Origin: Callorhinchus milii
Taxonomy: Eukaryota
DNA length: 64,000 nt
Assembly (NCBI RefSeq): GCF_018977255.1
Contig: NW_024704743.1
Coordinates: 23,190,001 to 23,254,000 of the forward strand
Direction: 5' to 3'
Below are positions 62,706 through 64,000 of this stretch, piece by piece (position 1 is the first letter of the stretch; the number at the start of each line of letters is the position of its first letter). A program made the position numbers and the translations under genes. The notes beneath the pieces were generated by a model. The model was not told where the DNA came from. It searched no databases and saw only the letters and a list, made by a program, of their open reading frames with translations.

Positions 62706-63462
62706 AGTGTACTCAATACACATAGAAAAGTACCCAGCACAAGACAAGAGAGAAGGTAAGAAAGGGTGGCAGGAAAGATACAGTGGGGAGGAGAGAGGGG
62801 TAGGGAAAGGAGTTTGAGGGAGGGAATTAGAGCTCAATAATACTGAAATGGTTAAACAATTAATAAATATTTTTACCATTCACATTTTAATGATGAAATA
62901 TTTAAAATACCGCTTCAGGAAAATTAAAATTTAGCACATATTCATTTTTATTGCTTGCTTCCTAATGCTCAAACAAATTTAATTTAGCATTTATTTAAAA
63001 TCTTTTAACAATTAAACATTCAATGTATTAACATTCTTGAATGTTTTATTTTGTGCTTATTAATCTGCCAAGTATAAAATCAAATCAATATAATTCAGAT
63101 GCATATTTTAATTTACAAAAGAACCCCCAGGCCATTCAGATTATTACTAGACTTTTAAAGTATGCATTCAATTAACAGTTACAAATGAATCATGGTTCCT
63201 TTTGTGGCAATTGTTTTGTTCCAGGAAACCTACAGTTCATCATCATCCCAACTATATTGTTTCTATGAGTCTAATTCAACCAAGTTGTCACTTAAAACTC
63301 CTAAAATCCCTCTCATTTAACAATTCATTTGCAAACTGCATGATGACAATAAGTCACAAAAGTATTCCATCAACTGGAACTACTCACCATCTTTCAGGTC
63401 ATCACAAGGCTGTCAAGTAAAGTACGTTGTTTCAAAATAACAGCAGTTTACACAAAAGTCTT

Positions 63463-63700
63463 TAAAATACTGCAGATGCTGGAAATCTGAAATAAAAACA
63501 GAAGTCACTGGGAATACTCAGTGGGTCAGGCAGCATCTACGGAGAGAGGAAAGTGAGTTAATGTTTCAGGTCGATGACTTTTCATCAGAACTGGGGGATG
63601 TTGGAAAGGACCAACTTATAAGGATAAATCGAGAAGGGCGTGAGGAAAGAAAACAAAAGAAAAATTAAATGGAGGATCAGAGGTGGTGATGGTGCAAGAC
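63463..63700 (-). mobile_element. Penelope-like element terminal fragment
   Basis: aaatactgcagatgctggaaatctgaaataaaaacaga...ggtcaggcagcatct matches the remembered chondrichthyan Penelope end; carries a hammerhead core. Confidence 0.7.
63556..63593 (-). ncRNA. Minimal type I hammerhead ribozyme (degenerate)
   Basis: Minus strand cagtt-CTGATGA-aaagtc-atc-gacct-GAAAC-att-aact. Confidence 0.65.
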
Positions 63701-64000
63701 AAAACAACAACAACAAATTACATTTGAATAGCACCTTTCACGTCAGGAAGATGACCCAAGAAGGGAATAGTGGGAGATTATAACAACAATAATAATAATA
63801 ATAATAATAATAATCCTTGCAAACAGTCATGGATTGATTGACCAAATTATTATTATTATTTTGTTTAGCAATTAAATAATAATCTTTGCATTTGCTATAG
63901 TGCCTTATTACCTAGCATAATCTAGCACAATCAGTCAATTGGCAGATCACTTTTCCGGGGGATAATAATCTCTTCAAACAAAGGAAAAAAAATGTATTCA

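Noticed and set aside
1..64000. CRISPR arrays, operons or other prokaryotic systems
   Set aside because: The sequence is eukaryotic repeat-rich DNA; the repeats are dispersed retroposons, not regularly spaced arrays.

Overview
Repeat-rich, apparently non-coding vertebrate DNA (intergenic or deep intronic), most likely from a cartilaginous fish. A holocephalan (chimaera/elephant shark) is a tentative inference, based on abundant L2, CR1 and Deu-type SINEs and no obvious HE1/V-SINE. No host protein-coding gene could be identified; every recognisable ORF is a decayed retrotransposon fragment (CR1, L2, Vingi). The window holds two near-full-length L2s, several young L2 3' fragments, many CR1 pieces, two tRNA-derived SINE families with L2-like tails, older AmnSINE2-like relics, a probable solo LTR and a Penelope end with a minimal hammerhead ribozyme. 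The most notable item is an unclassified ~600-bp non-coding, hairpin-rich repeat (at least 11 copies). It has an A-rich 3' end and a 5' region that fits the core topology of an HDV-like self-cleaving ribozyme, so it is a candidate ribozyme-headed non-autonomous retroposon. Family names come from remembered consensus sequences, not database searches, and boundaries are approximate.
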